A stretch of 43,601 nt of DNA, from contig AQVQ01000002.1 in NCBI GenBank assembly GCA_000375685.1, forward strand, positions 1-43,601, in the 5' to 3' direction. Below, one piece after another: positions 17,397-27,239 of the stretch. The position numbers were made by a program, and so were the translations under genes. The notes under the pieces were generated by a model. That model saw only the letters and a program-made list of their open reading frames with translations. It did not search any database and was not told the origin of the DNA. Within the stretch, counting starts at the first letter, position 1; each line of letters opens with the position of its first letter. Source of the DNA: a crenarchaeote SCGC AAA261-N23 (GTDB taxonomy: Archaea > Thermoproteota > Thermoprotei > Gearchaeales > Gearchaeaceae).

Positions 17397-18388
17397 TGTC
17401 TATCCAAAAAGAATTTTGGTTTGGAAAAAACGTATTGGTTACAGGAGGAGCTGGCTTTATAGGATCAAATCTTGTAGAAAAACTTGTTGAGCTTGGTTGC
17501 AATGTAAGGGTTGCTGATAATTTGTCAAGGGGGAGCTTAGATAATATATCTGAATTCATGGATAAAATCGATTTCAGAAAGGTAGATTTAACAGACATAA
17601 ATTCATGCATTGAAGTTACTAAGGGAATAGATTATGTTTTCCATTTAGCCTCTTCTGTAGGAGGAATACATTACATAATGCGTGAGAAAGTTGGCAACTT
17701 AACTCCTTCAGCAATCATGAACTTGAACATGCTAGAAGCCTGCATAAAAAACGATGTTGAAAGATTTCTATTTACAAGCTCAGCATGCATTTACAATGGA
17801 AAAAGCAATACAGTTAATGTTTACAAGGAGGAAGATGCTTATCCTGCAAATCCTTTAAATACCTATGGTTGGGCTAAAGTAATTGGAGAGATTGCTTGTA
17901 AAAGCTATCATGAAGACTATGGATTGAAATGTTCTGTAGTAAGAATATTCAATGCCTATGGAGAAAAGGAAAACCTTGATCTCAAGTGGGCCCATGTAAT
18001 TCCTTCTTTCATTGTAAAGGCAATATTATATCCAAAGATTCCCTTCAAAATTTTCGGAGATGGGAAGCAAATAAGGTCTTTTCTATATGTCAAGGACTGT
18101 GTTGAAGGAATGCTTTTAGCTATGCAGAAAATTGAAAATGCAGACCCTATAAACTTAGGAAACGATAAACCGATTTCAATATTGGAACTTGCCTATAAAA
18201 TAATAGATATTGCGAAAAAAGAAATAAAGGTTGAACTTGATCTTAAAGGAACTGTTGGCGTTCATGGGTACTATGCTAATACAGAAAAAATGAAGAAAGT
18301 CTTAAATTGGGAACCAAGAACAAGCTTGGATGAAGGATTGAGGAGAACCTTTGATTGGGCAAAAAGAAAGCTTTCAAATGGAACTTAA
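17396..18388 (+). CDS. NAD-dependent epimerase/dehydratase (extended SDR)
   Basis: VTGGAGFIGSNL Rossmann motif, catalytic YGWAK (YxxxK), and SSACIY. Confidence 0.85.
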   Translation: MSIQKEFWFGKNVLVTGGAGFIGSNLVEKLVELGCNVRVADNLSRGSLDNISEFMDKIDFRKVDLTDINSCIEVTKGIDYVFHLASSVGGIHYIMREKVGNLTPSAIMNLNMLEACIKNDVERFLFTSSACIYNGKSNTVNVYKEEDAYPANPLNTYGWAKVIGEIACKSYHEDYGLKCSVVRIFNAYGEKENLDLKWAHVIPSFIVKAILYPKIPFKIFGDGKQIRSFLYVKDCVEGMLLAMQKIENADPINLGNDKPISILELAYKIIDIAKKEIKVELDLKGTVGVHGYYANTEKMKKVLNWEPRTSLDEGLRRTFDWAKRKLSNGT

Positions 18389-19415
18389 TTTTTACGAAAA
18401 CAAAAAGGTTTTAGTTACAGGAGGGGCTTCTTTCATAGGATCCCATCTTGTAGATAAGCTAGTTTCTTTGAAGAGCAATGTAACCGTTGTAGATGATTTA
18501 AGCAGTGGTAGATTGGAAAATCTAAGCAATGTAATTGATAAGATAAAATTCGTAAAGGAAGATCTTGAATATGCAAGTCTTCAAAGACTTAAGGAAATTT
18601 TCAAAGGAAATGAAATCGTTTTTCATTTAGCTGCAGTACATGGAGGCAGAGGATACATAGCTACGCATCCAGCAGATGTTTGTTCAATTTTTGCAATTGA
18701 TCATCATGTATACGATGCATGCCTTGTTTCAGGTGTTGAAAAAGTTGTCTATGCAAGTTCTGCATGCGTTTATCCTCCAAATCTTCAAAAAGATGATGAA
18801 AGCTTGCTTAACGAGGATCTATCAAATCCTTTAAATCTAGATTCTTATTTAAGTGCAGATATTGAGTACGGCTGGGCCAAGTTAATGGGGGAGGTTCAGC
18901 TCATCTCTTTCATTAAGCAATATGGATTAAAGGGTGCTATACTAAGGTTTGTAACAGCTTATGGCCCTAGAGAAAATGAAACACACTCGATTATAGCTTT
19001 AATTTACAAGGCCTTTGAAAGAATGGATCCTTTTGTAATTTGGGGTGATGGAAATCAAAGCAGGGATTATACCTATGTTGAGGACATTGTTAATGGAACA
19101 CTGCTAGCTGGAATAAAGGTAAACGATGGTACTCCTATAAACTTAGGAACAGGAAGAAGATACAAAATTAAAGAAGTTGCTGAAAAAATCTTTGAAATAA
19201 TGAATTGGAGGCCGAGTAAGATAATTTACGATAAATCAAAGCCTGTAGGTGTTTATAGTAGAGCCTTGGATATTAAAAGGGCAAAGGAAATACTAAATTG
19301 GCAACCTAAGTATTCTTTGGAAGAAGGATTGAGAAAGACAATTGAATGGTATGTTTCTACTCATAAGCCAACTGGAAAGGTAGATGAAAGGAAACTTTTA
19401 GAAAGAACAGCGTAA
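18378..19415 (+). CDS. NAD-dependent epimerase/dehydratase (extended SDR), tandem paralog
   Basis: VTGGASFIGSHL, SSACVYPPNLQ and YGWAK. I prefer the ATG at 18378 (MELNFYENKKVLVTGG) over the TTG at 18351. Confidence 0.85.
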   Translation: MELNFYENKKVLVTGGASFIGSHLVDKLVSLKSNVTVVDDLSSGRLENLSNVIDKIKFVKEDLEYASLQRLKEIFKGNEIVFHLAAVHGGRGYIATHPADVCSIFAIDHHVYDACLVSGVEKVVYASSACVYPPNLQKDDESLLNEDLSNPLNLDSYLSADIEYGWAKLMGEVQLISFIKQYGLKGAILRFVTAYGPRENETHSIIALIYKAFERMDPFVIWGDGNQSRDYTYVEDIVNGTLLAGIKVNDGTPINLGTGRRYKIKEVAEKIFEIMNWRPSKIIYDKSKPVGVYSRALDIKRAKEILNWQPKYSLEEGLRKTIEWYVSTHKPTGKVDERKLLERTA

Positions 19416-19452
19416 TCATATTAAAGAGTTGTTTTTATAAATTTGTGTTTTA

Positions 19453-20256
19453 ATGGTTATTAAAAGTCTTACACTCGATCAAACAATACCTAAATTGAAA
19501 AAGTTATTCGAGAAATCTGAAAATATTGAAGCTGCTATATTATTCGGATCTATAGCAAAAAATAAGTTCAGTACTCATGATATAGATATTGCCTTAAAAC
19601 TAAAAAAGGAAGACCTACTAGAAGTTGGTTATATTGTAAGCCAAATAGCAAAAACATTACACATTAAAGAAGATTATATAGACATTGCGCTCTTAAACCA
19701 AACAAACCCAATAATGATTTCAAAGATACTCAAAGATGGTATCATAATCAAAGCTCAACCTAAAATTATTGAGGAACTCTCACAACAAGCACCAGATGCA
19801 ATAATGGAAATTAAACAATGGTCATCTTTAGATCCAAAATTAGATAAAACGATTATTACATCAAGGATTGAAGAGATCAGAAAAAATTCAGATTTTATAA
19901 AAAGCGAAATACTATCTAGAAAAATTGAAGAATTAGACTACAAAGACATACTAGCTCTAGAAAGAGCCATGCACAAAATAATTGAATCCATGCTTTATAT
20001 ATGTAGACATTTAGTCTCAGTTTATTCGCTAGGTCTTGTAGAAAGCTATGGTGAATATCCACAAAAACTGGCAAAAGCGAATAAGATGCCAAAAGACTTA
20101 GCAAAGGATGTAACAAAACTTTCAGGCTTAAGAAATATACTTGTTCATAGATATTTAGAAATTAGAACAGAGATTCTTTATCAAGCAGCTAAAGAAACAG
20201 TTGAAAAAATAGTAAACAAATTCATTGAATGGGCGAAAGCAATAGCAGAGCATTAA
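19453..20256 (+). CDS. Single-chain fusion of a minimal nucleotidyltransferase (MNT) and a DUF86-type HEPN domain
   Basis: The N-terminal ILFGSIAKNKFSTHDIDIAL is G-S-x10-D-x-D. The C-terminal LSGLRNILVHRY is the R-x4-H HEPN motif. Confidence 0.75.
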   Translation: MVIKSLTLDQTIPKLKKLFEKSENIEAAILFGSIAKNKFSTHDIDIALKLKKEDLLEVGYIVSQIAKTLHIKEDYIDIALLNQTNPIMISKILKDGIIIKAQPKIIEELSQQAPDAIMEIKQWSSLDPKLDKTIITSRIEEIRKNSDFIKSEILSRKIEELDYKDILALERAMHKIIESMLYICRHLVSVYSLGLVESYGEYPQKLAKANKMPKDLAKDVTKLSGLRNILVHRYLEIRTEILYQAAKETVEKIVNKFIEWAKAIAEH

Positions 20257-20383
20257 GAATGGAAAAACAAGAAGATTGCCTGTTGGAAAAAAATATTGCA
20301 AGGCTTGAAGGAAACAATTAATGGTTTTCAACATAAAAGGAAAAAGTTAATCAACTAAAGGTTTCTTTTAAAATAGCTTAAAC

Positions 20384-22084
20384 TTGAAAAATATAACAAT
20401 CCTTGGAATTAACGACGGCCATGATTGTGGTGCAGCTTTGATTAGGAATGGAAAAGTTATCGCAGCTGTTCAAGAAGAAAGGCTTTCTAACATAAAACAT
20501 CACAGCGGGGTTCCAGAGATTTCAATAAGGGAAGTCTTTAAAATAGCAAAAATTCATCCAAGTGAAGTCGATGCAATAGCAATCGTTAGTCTTAACAGAG
20601 TCTATTCTCCACTAAAAGAATATCCTTTGAAAGTTAAATTCTTTGAAAAGATAGCTCCGCTATTTCATGGTAAAACCTTTGCTAAGTTATATGTTAGCAT
20701 TTTACATAAATTCAGATCTGTAAAGCATTTAATGAAGATATTTCAAGAATTGGGAATTGAAAATAAAGAAGTAAGATTTGTCGAGCATCATTTAGCTCAT
20801 GCTTCATGTGCTTACAGAACATGCCCTTGGGGATATGATGAAAAAGTTTTAGTAATGACAGTTGACGGTGCTGGAGATGGTGTCTCATCTACAGTAAATA
20901 TAGCAGAAAAAGGAGAGATTCAAAGGATAGCATGGTCAACATTTTATGATTCGCCAGGAAACGCATACTATAGCGAGATAACAAGATACCTAGGAATGAA
21001 ACCATGGGACCATGAATACAAAGTAATGGGTCTAGCACCTTATGGAAAAGCAGATTATTGCATAGATAAAATGAGAAAGATTATTAGATTAAATCCAAAG
21101 AATCCATTAGAATTCCAAAATATTTTTGGTTCTTATCTAAAATCAATGCAGCCTAAACTATACAGATTACTAAAGGAACAAAGATTCGATAACATAGCTG
21201 CAGCATGCCAAGCATATTATGAAGAATTGATGACTTCATGGGTAAAGGCAGCGATAGAAAAAACAGGCATTACTAAGGTAGCTTTTGCAGGAGGCAATAT
21301 ATTAAACGTAAAAGCTAACATGAGAATATCGGAAATTGAAGAAGTCGAGGATGCATTCTTCTATCCTGCATGCGGAGATGATGGAACTCCTATAGGTGCA
21401 GCTTTACAAGTTTATTATGAGATTTGCAAGGAAGAAGGAATTAAGCCTGAATTTCATCCTTTGGAAGATCTATACTATGGACCTGAATACAGTGATGAAG
21501 AAATAAGGGAATGTTTGAAAAAGGAAGGTTTGATCGAAAAATCTGAAAAATACGATGGAATAGAAGAAGTTGTTGGAGAATTATTAACAAAGGGAAAAAT
21601 TGTTGCAAGATTCAATGGAAGAGTTGAATGGGGGCCAAGAGCTTTGGGCAACAGAAGCATTTTAGCTGATCCAAGAGATTTTAGGGTGGTAAGAAAGCTA
21701 AACAGTGCAATAAAGCAAAGAGATTTTTGGATGCCCTTTGCACCTACGATATTGGAAGAAAGGATGCATGAATATTTAGTAAATGCAAGGCCTGCAAGAT
21801 ACATGATTCTCGCTTTCAATACTACTGAAAAAAGGGATGAGATAATCGCAGCTATTCATCCACAAGATTATACTGCTAGGCCCCAAACTTTGAATGATTG
21901 GAATCCTTCTTATAGAAAAGTTATTGAAAGATTCGAAGAGGAAACAGGTGTGGGAGGAATTCTTAATACAAGCTTTAATCTTCATGGATATCCAATCGTT
22001 GGCACTCCTGAGCTTGCAATATGGACGTTTAAAAATTCAGGTCTAGAATATCTTGCAATAGGAAACTACCTAGTTAAGAAGTAA
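20384..22084 (+). CDS. NodU/CmcH-family carbamoyltransferase
   Basis: ILGINDGHDCGAALIRNGKVIAAVQEERLSNIKHH at the N-terminus, and GPRALGNRSILADP in the C-terminal domain. 566 aa, TTG start. Confidence 0.85.
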   Translation: MKNITILGINDGHDCGAALIRNGKVIAAVQEERLSNIKHHSGVPEISIREVFKIAKIHPSEVDAIAIVSLNRVYSPLKEYPLKVKFFEKIAPLFHGKTFAKLYVSILHKFRSVKHLMKIFQELGIENKEVRFVEHHLAHASCAYRTCPWGYDEKVLVMTVDGAGDGVSSTVNIAEKGEIQRIAWSTFYDSPGNAYYSEITRYLGMKPWDHEYKVMGLAPYGKADYCIDKMRKIIRLNPKNPLEFQNIFGSYLKSMQPKLYRLLKEQRFDNIAAACQAYYEELMTSWVKAAIEKTGITKVAFAGGNILNVKANMRISEIEEVEDAFFYPACGDDGTPIGAALQVYYEICKEEGIKPEFHPLEDLYYGPEYSDEEIRECLKKEGLIEKSEKYDGIEEVVGELLTKGKIVARFNGRVEWGPRALGNRSILADPRDFRVVRKLNSAIKQRDFWMPFAPTILEERMHEYLVNARPARYMILAFNTTEKRDEIIAAIHPQDYTARPQTLNDWNPSYRKVIERFEEETGVGGILNTSFNLHGYPIVGTPELAIWTFKNSGLEYLAIGNYLVKK

Positions 22085-22091
22085 ACTTGAA

Positions 22092-23897
22092 ATGAGCATT
22101 TTAGAAAAAATAATAAATTTAAAAACAGTTAAAATACTGTTCCCTATATCTATTTTAATTCTTATTTTACTATTTATTTCTCTTTTCATAAAGTTTACAG
22201 TAACAGGATACTTTTTAACAATGAACTTTTTAGGTGTTGTATTTGGGATAGCTACGTATTTGTATTTCGTTAAGAAGCCAAGCTATAATGAATTCAATAT
22301 CAATAATGATAAGCTTAATATTGCCTTAGCTATTATCTTTTCGTCTTTTATCTCGATAACTGTTTTCTCGATTTACATGAGTAATGTTTACAGAGTAATA
22401 GAATTCTACGTATTTATTACAGCAGCAATGGGCTTGCTAACTTTTGAAGCCTTATTTTTAAAAGTTTCAAAGAAAACAGCGCTGCTAATATTAATACAGC
22501 TAATTATTCTAGATTTCATACAAAGGATAAGCTTGTATTTAATTAACGGTGTTCCTCCATGGTGGGATCCCTACTATCATTACTTTAACAGCGTTACAGT
22601 TTACAATTTAGGGCATGTAGCCAACTTTGCTGAATATACATACTTTCCGCTGTATTACATTCTCAATACAATCATTTGGCTAATTCCATTTGGCAAATTA
22701 ACATTCATGTACATGTTGCTCAATTCACTGATCGTTAGCATTTCTTTGTTTTTTGTTTACGCAATTGTTTATAGGATTTCAAGCAATGAAAGAGTTTCAT
22801 TGATATCTACGATTGTTTTTAGCCTAATATACAGCTATACTTCTTTTAGTTCTTATACACCGCATCCTTTTTCATTCATTCTTTTCTTAATCTCTTTTTA
22901 TTCATTAATACGAATTGAAGGAAACAGAAAATTTGCAATAATTCTAATTTTAAGCTCAATTTCAATGTTCTTATTCCATCCTACAGCAGCACTTATTTTT
23001 GCAATAGTAATGTTAGTTTTGACATTTAGTTTATTTACCTACAACAAATACATGAAAACATATTCGATAGCTTATTTTGGATTAATAATATTCTATTTAT
23101 TTTTCTTTGCCTATCCTTATTTATCTTCCTTTCTAACAGGTCTAATTAATCCACCAGGTACTTTGAATCCAGAAAGCCCATCGACTCCTTATTTTAAACC
23201 AATTTTAGATTCTTTAACATTCTATGCCTTATCCCATTTATGGTATTCTATAACGATCTATTTAGGAACAGTAGGTTTGTTATATGCTCTCATAAACGGG
23301 AAAAACTTTAAGAATTATTTTCTTGCTCTAACCGCTTTGACTATTGTAGCATATAATTTTGCGATTCTTTTTTCTGGCACTGCCATAGCTGAAACTATTG
23401 CTGTATTTTACATATTAGTACCTTTGTCCTTTTTATCTGGATTATTTTTAGTCTTTAAGAGGAAAGCCATACTTGCATTGTTATTAGTCCTTATCATCTT
23501 TGCTTTCTTTTCATCTAATTTACTAACAGATGATAGCCCTTATTTTGCAAAGTATAGTTATCCATCACAGGTAATAATGTATGACGATCAGCAATCATTT
23601 TCTTTAGCTAAGTTCATACTTTATATGAACCCTCCTGCAAAAATCTTTGGAACAATAGATCCAAGCATTGTGCCTTATTATTTTAACGGAACTCTATCCT
23701 CTTCAATAGCTTACTATCATTTATCTCTTAATGTGAATACAAGTAATTCCTATATAGCTGTAAGTATCTATACTGTAGAAAGATGGGCCAATGGAATATC
23801 TCCAGCGTCTTTTTCAAATTATTTAAATTCCTTAATATATAAAAGTAACAATGACATTCTTTTTAATAACGGAGATTCATATTTAATTATGATCTAA
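22092..23897 (+). CDS. Polytopic membrane protein, GT-C-like
   Basis: 601 aa with at least 13 TM helices and a ~120-aa C-terminal external domain. The loop motif PPWWDPYYHYFNSVTVYNLG resembles the acidic first-loop motif of STT3/PMT_2-type GT-C enzymes. It starts 7 nt after the carbamoyltransferase stop. Confidence 0.4.
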   Translation: MSILEKIINLKTVKILFPISILILILLFISLFIKFTVTGYFLTMNFLGVVFGIATYLYFVKKPSYNEFNINNDKLNIALAIIFSSFISITVFSIYMSNVYRVIEFYVFITAAMGLLTFEALFLKVSKKTALLILIQLIILDFIQRISLYLINGVPPWWDPYYHYFNSVTVYNLGHVANFAEYTYFPLYYILNTIIWLIPFGKLTFMYMLLNSLIVSISLFFVYAIVYRISSNERVSLISTIVFSLIYSYTSFSSYTPHPFSFILFLISFYSLIRIEGNRKFAIILILSSISMFLFHPTAALIFAIVMLVLTFSLFTYNKYMKTYSIAYFGLIIFYLFFFAYPYLSSFLTGLINPPGTLNPESPSTPYFKPILDSLTFYALSHLWYSITIYLGTVGLLYALINGKNFKNYFLALTALTIVAYNFAILFSGTAIAETIAVFYILVPLSFLSGLFLVFKRKAILALLLVLIIFAFFSSNLLTDDSPYFAKYSYPSQVIMYDDQQSFSLAKFILYMNPPAKIFGTIDPSIVPYYFNGTLSSSIAYYHLSLNVNTSNSYIAVSIYTVERWANGISPASFSNYLNSLIYKSNNDILFNNGDSYLIMI

Positions 23898-24105
23898 AAA
23901 AATTATCTTGTAAGTAGATTAAATAAACAATTTGGTAAAAATCTCATCATTGTCATTAGTATATAATTTGGATATGGGTGTAAAAATTAATTTATCTTGT
24001 AAACGTATTTTTTCTAATTCTTTTATTTTAAATCAAGATTGCAAAAACACTCATAATACAAAATTATGTTATATAGTAATTGATTCGATTATTTAACTTT
24101 TTCAA

Positions 24106-25308
24106 ATGATCAAACTTAAAATTTTGCTAGTTTGCGAACAACCTTTACCTTCTAAGAAAAGAGCAGGAAGACCAAACTACAGTGTTAAGTATCTTTCAGA
24201 ATTAGGAAACGATATAACAGTTATTTGCCCTAAATCAGATTTGCCAGAAGATAACTTTGCCAATTATGAATACATAAACTTAGATTTCAAACAATTCAGC
24301 ATCTTATCGAGAATAAAAATAATGAGAGAAATGAGAAAGAAAATAAAAGAACTAGTTAAAAAAGAAAAATTTGATGTAATCAGAACAATAAATATCTTGC
24401 CAACTTATGCAACAATATCAAACAAAAATGATATAAAAATACCAATTTATGCAGAACTGACAGACTTTATCAGCGATCTTTACATTCAATTTGATATGCC
24501 TTTTAAAAGTTTAGTTGTTCCTTTTCTCAAAAGAATGGAAAAGAAAATAGCTAGAAATGTTGATTATGCAAACGTTGAAACTGAGCTAGGTAGAGATTTT
24601 TGGTACGAATATGGTCTTGATGGAGAAAGAATTGCAGTAATACCTAACGGTGTTGATACAGAACATTTCAATCCTTATAAAACAGATCCTGATATAATAA
24701 AAAGTAAATTAGAACTAAAGGATGAAGTGATTTTCTACCACGGTGACATGGGGTCTTATGATGGTGTTCATTTGTTGATAAAAGCCTTTAAAAAACTTAA
24801 AGAAAAACCTTCCTTATTAATTGTGGGAGAAGGTAAGGCTTCTTATATGAATTATTTAAAGTCCTTAATAAATGAAAACGGTTTAAATAAAGAAGTTAAG
24901 CTAACGGGATGGATCGAATATGAAGAGTTACCGAATTATATAGCTTCAGCGTCTTTGTGTGCTTTACCACTGATACCTAAAACAAAGATGAATCGAGTAA
25001 ACCTTCATACAAGAATAAGAGAATATTTGAGCATGTGCAAACCTTTTCTAGTTACAAAAACTGAAGGTATCTCAAGATCTTTAGGCAACGTAGCAATGTA
25101 TTTCAGAGATCCTTTAAATGTGGATATGACTGCTAAAGACTTGGAGCTTGCTTTAAAAGAAGTTAAAAATAAAGATTTTAGCTTTATGCGAAACATTGCT
25201 AAAAAATTAGATTGGAAGAATATAATTCATCAGGATTTCAAAGTAATGGAAGTAATAGTTGAAGGTAATGCTAAAGATCTAAGAGAGTTCGATTTGAAAC
25301 TGAATTGA
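24106..25308 (+). CDS. GT4 glycosyltransferase
   Basis: Glycos_transf_1-like C-domain (VIFYHGDMGSYDGVHLLIKAF...LLIVGEGK) with GT-B-type length. Confidence 0.7.
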   Translation: MIKLKILLVCEQPLPSKKRAGRPNYSVKYLSELGNDITVICPKSDLPEDNFANYEYINLDFKQFSILSRIKIMREMRKKIKELVKKEKFDVIRTINILPTYATISNKNDIKIPIYAELTDFISDLYIQFDMPFKSLVVPFLKRMEKKIARNVDYANVETELGRDFWYEYGLDGERIAVIPNGVDTEHFNPYKTDPDIIKSKLELKDEVIFYHGDMGSYDGVHLLIKAFKKLKEKPSLLIVGEGKASYMNYLKSLINENGLNKEVKLTGWIEYEELPNYIASASLCALPLIPKTKMNRVNLHTRIREYLSMCKPFLVTKTEGISRSLGNVAMYFRDPLNVDMTAKDLELALKEVKNKDFSFMRNIAKKLDWKNIIHQDFKVMEVIVEGNAKDLREFDLKLN

Positions 25309-25350
25309 TAATTTTGAAAAATAGCATTAAACTCAGATAGAATAACATTA

Positions 25351-26048
25351 ATGGATTATATTCTAAATAAACAATATATTAAACATTTTGTAAAAAATCC
25401 ATCTGACATCAGATTTATAATTCATTATTTAGGGAGAGAACGCAAATTGGTCAAATTAACAGGAGAAGAAAAAGAAAAAATTAAAAGATTATTAAATGAA
25501 GCTGAAAATATAAGAAAATACATCGTTGATAAATTATCAGAATTTCGTGCCTTCCATGGAACTATGGTCTCTCCTTTAGAAAGACCAATAATTTATACAA
25601 TTATTAGATGTTTTAAACCTAGAATAGTGGTTGAGACAGAGGTAGCAAATGGTGCTTCTTCAACTTTCATACTAAGCGCTCTTGAAAAGAATAACTTCGG
25701 TAAACTTTATAGCATAGATTTGCCAAGTAAAGACCTTTTATTAAAGGAAGAAGTAGGATGGTTAGTACCGCAATCCTTAAGGAATAGATGGGGCTAATCA
25801 TAGGTGACTCAAGAATTATTTTACCAAAATTACTAGCTGAGTTAGGTCATGTTGATATATTTCTTCATGATTCATTACATACTCTAGAACATATACTTTT
25901 TGAGTTAAAAGAGTCTTATAATTACATACCAAAAGGAGGTTTTTTAATTGTAGATGATATAAACGTCGATTGGATAAAGAAAATTAATCAAGAAATTAAA
26001 ACAGAAAAATCTGAACTATTCTATGATTTGCTTGTTTTAAAGAAATAA
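25351..26048 (+). pseudogene. Class I SAM methyltransferase (Methyltransf_24-like) split by a frameshift in a G4 run
   Basis: The two ORFs 25351..25797 and 25788..26048 read ...LRNRWG* and (M)GLIIGDSRIILP...DIFLHDSLHT...GGFLIVDDI. Adding one G to 25790-25793 gives a continuous ~232-aa protein. Confidence 0.6.
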
Positions 26049-26087
26049 TGTTATTGAAGCATGGTAAAAAAATTTAATTAGTACAAA

Positions 26088-27239
26088 TTGATAATTTTAA
26101 GATTGATAGGAGAATTTGGAAGCGAATTTACAGGCCCTTCAAAACAAGCATATCTTTTAACTAAAGGTTTAGAAAAGAAAGGAATCAGCTCAATAATCTT
26201 AACATTTAAAAAAGGGTCAATAAATTTAAGGAGAAGCAAAATAGTTGAATATAAACCATTTTTTAGCGCAGGCCATTACAAGCTATCTTTGAAGATGCTG
26301 CTCGATTCTTTAAAAAAAGATTGTAACATAATTCATGTTCATGGCTATAGGAATTTCCAGACAGATGCAGGAGCTATATCCTCTTTCCTTAGAAAAGAAC
26401 ATTTAATAATTACAACGCATGGAACTGTTAGAGGCTATGAATTCTTAAATTTAGATTTGAAATCAAGATTGCCAAATATAATCTATGATGCAATAACAAT
26501 GAGGTTTTCTTTAAAAATAGCTAAAAAAATCGTTGCTACATCAAAAAAAGAAGCAAAAGAATTAATTAGTTTTGGGATTCCAGTAAATAAAATAAAAATA
26601 ATACCAAATGGTATAGAATTTCCAAATATTGATATAAAGAAAGAAAATAAAGAAATAATAAATTTACTTACTGTAAGCAGATTAACTTATAAAAACAATT
26701 TAGAAATGGCAATCAAAGCTTTCTATGAAGCTTATAAAAGAAATAATAAGCTTCGTTATATAATAGTTGGAGATGCAATTCCTAGCAGATATGGGAAAGA
26801 AGAAAAAGGATATAAAGAAAAGCTAATTAAATTATGCAAAGACTTAGGTTTACAAGACAAAGTGATCTTTAAAGGATGGCTAAGCGGCGAAGAATTATGG
26901 AAAGCCTATTGTGATTCGGATTTATTTCTTTGGAGCTCAAGATATGATAACTTTGCACATGCTTTAGTTGAAGCAGCGTATTTCAAATTACCAATTATAA
27001 GTACACCAGCAGGTATAGCTGAAGAGCTTATAGGAAAAGAAGGAGGCTTCATCGTAAATCATGAAGATTATAAGGAAATGAGCGAAAGAATAATTGAAAT
27101 TACAGAAAATCCTAAATTAATGAAAGAAATGGGAGAACATAATCATAAGCGTTCTTTAAACTATAGCTATGAAAGAATGGTAGAAGAATATTACAAATTA
27201 TATGAAGAAGTAGCACAATGTGCGGAATCTGCGGAATAA
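26088..27239 (+). CDS. GT4 glycosyltransferase
   Basis: E-x7-E region FAHALVEAAYFKLPIISTPAGIAEEL. TTG start. Confidence 0.8.
   Translation: MIILRLIGEFGSEFTGPSKQAYLLTKGLEKKGISSIILTFKKGSINLRRSKIVEYKPFFSAGHYKLSLKMLLDSLKKDCNIIHVHGYRNFQTDAGAISSFLRKEHLIITTHGTVRGYEFLNLDLKSRLPNIIYDAITMRFSLKIAKKIVATSKKEAKELISFGIPVNKIKIIPNGIEFPNIDIKKENKEIINLLTVSRLTYKNNLEMAIKAFYEAYKRNNKLRYIIVGDAIPSRYGKEEKGYKEKLIKLCKDLGLQDKVIFKGWLSGEELWKAYCDSDLFLWSSRYDNFAHALVEAAYFKLPIISTPAGIAEELIGKEGGFIVNHEDYKEMSERIIEITENPKLMKEMGEHNHKRSLNYSYERMVEEYYKLYEEVAQCAESAE

Noticed and set aside
22545-22580. WWDPYYH in the 601-aa membrane protein as the WWDYG catalytic motif of AglB/STT3 oligosaccharyltransferase.
   Set aside because: The WWDYG motif of AglB lies in the C-terminal soluble domain after 13 TM helices. 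Here the motif is in an early loop and the C-terminal domain is only ~120 aa. It is better compared with the first-loop acidic motif of GT-C enzymes in general.
23903-24002. The 11-nt direct repeat TTATCTTGTAA (23903-23913 and 23992-24002) upstream of the GT4 at 24106, as a possible operator.
   Set aside because: It is a single pair of short AT-rich repeats with no dyad symmetry or third copy seen. I cannot distinguish it from chance without genome-wide statistics.
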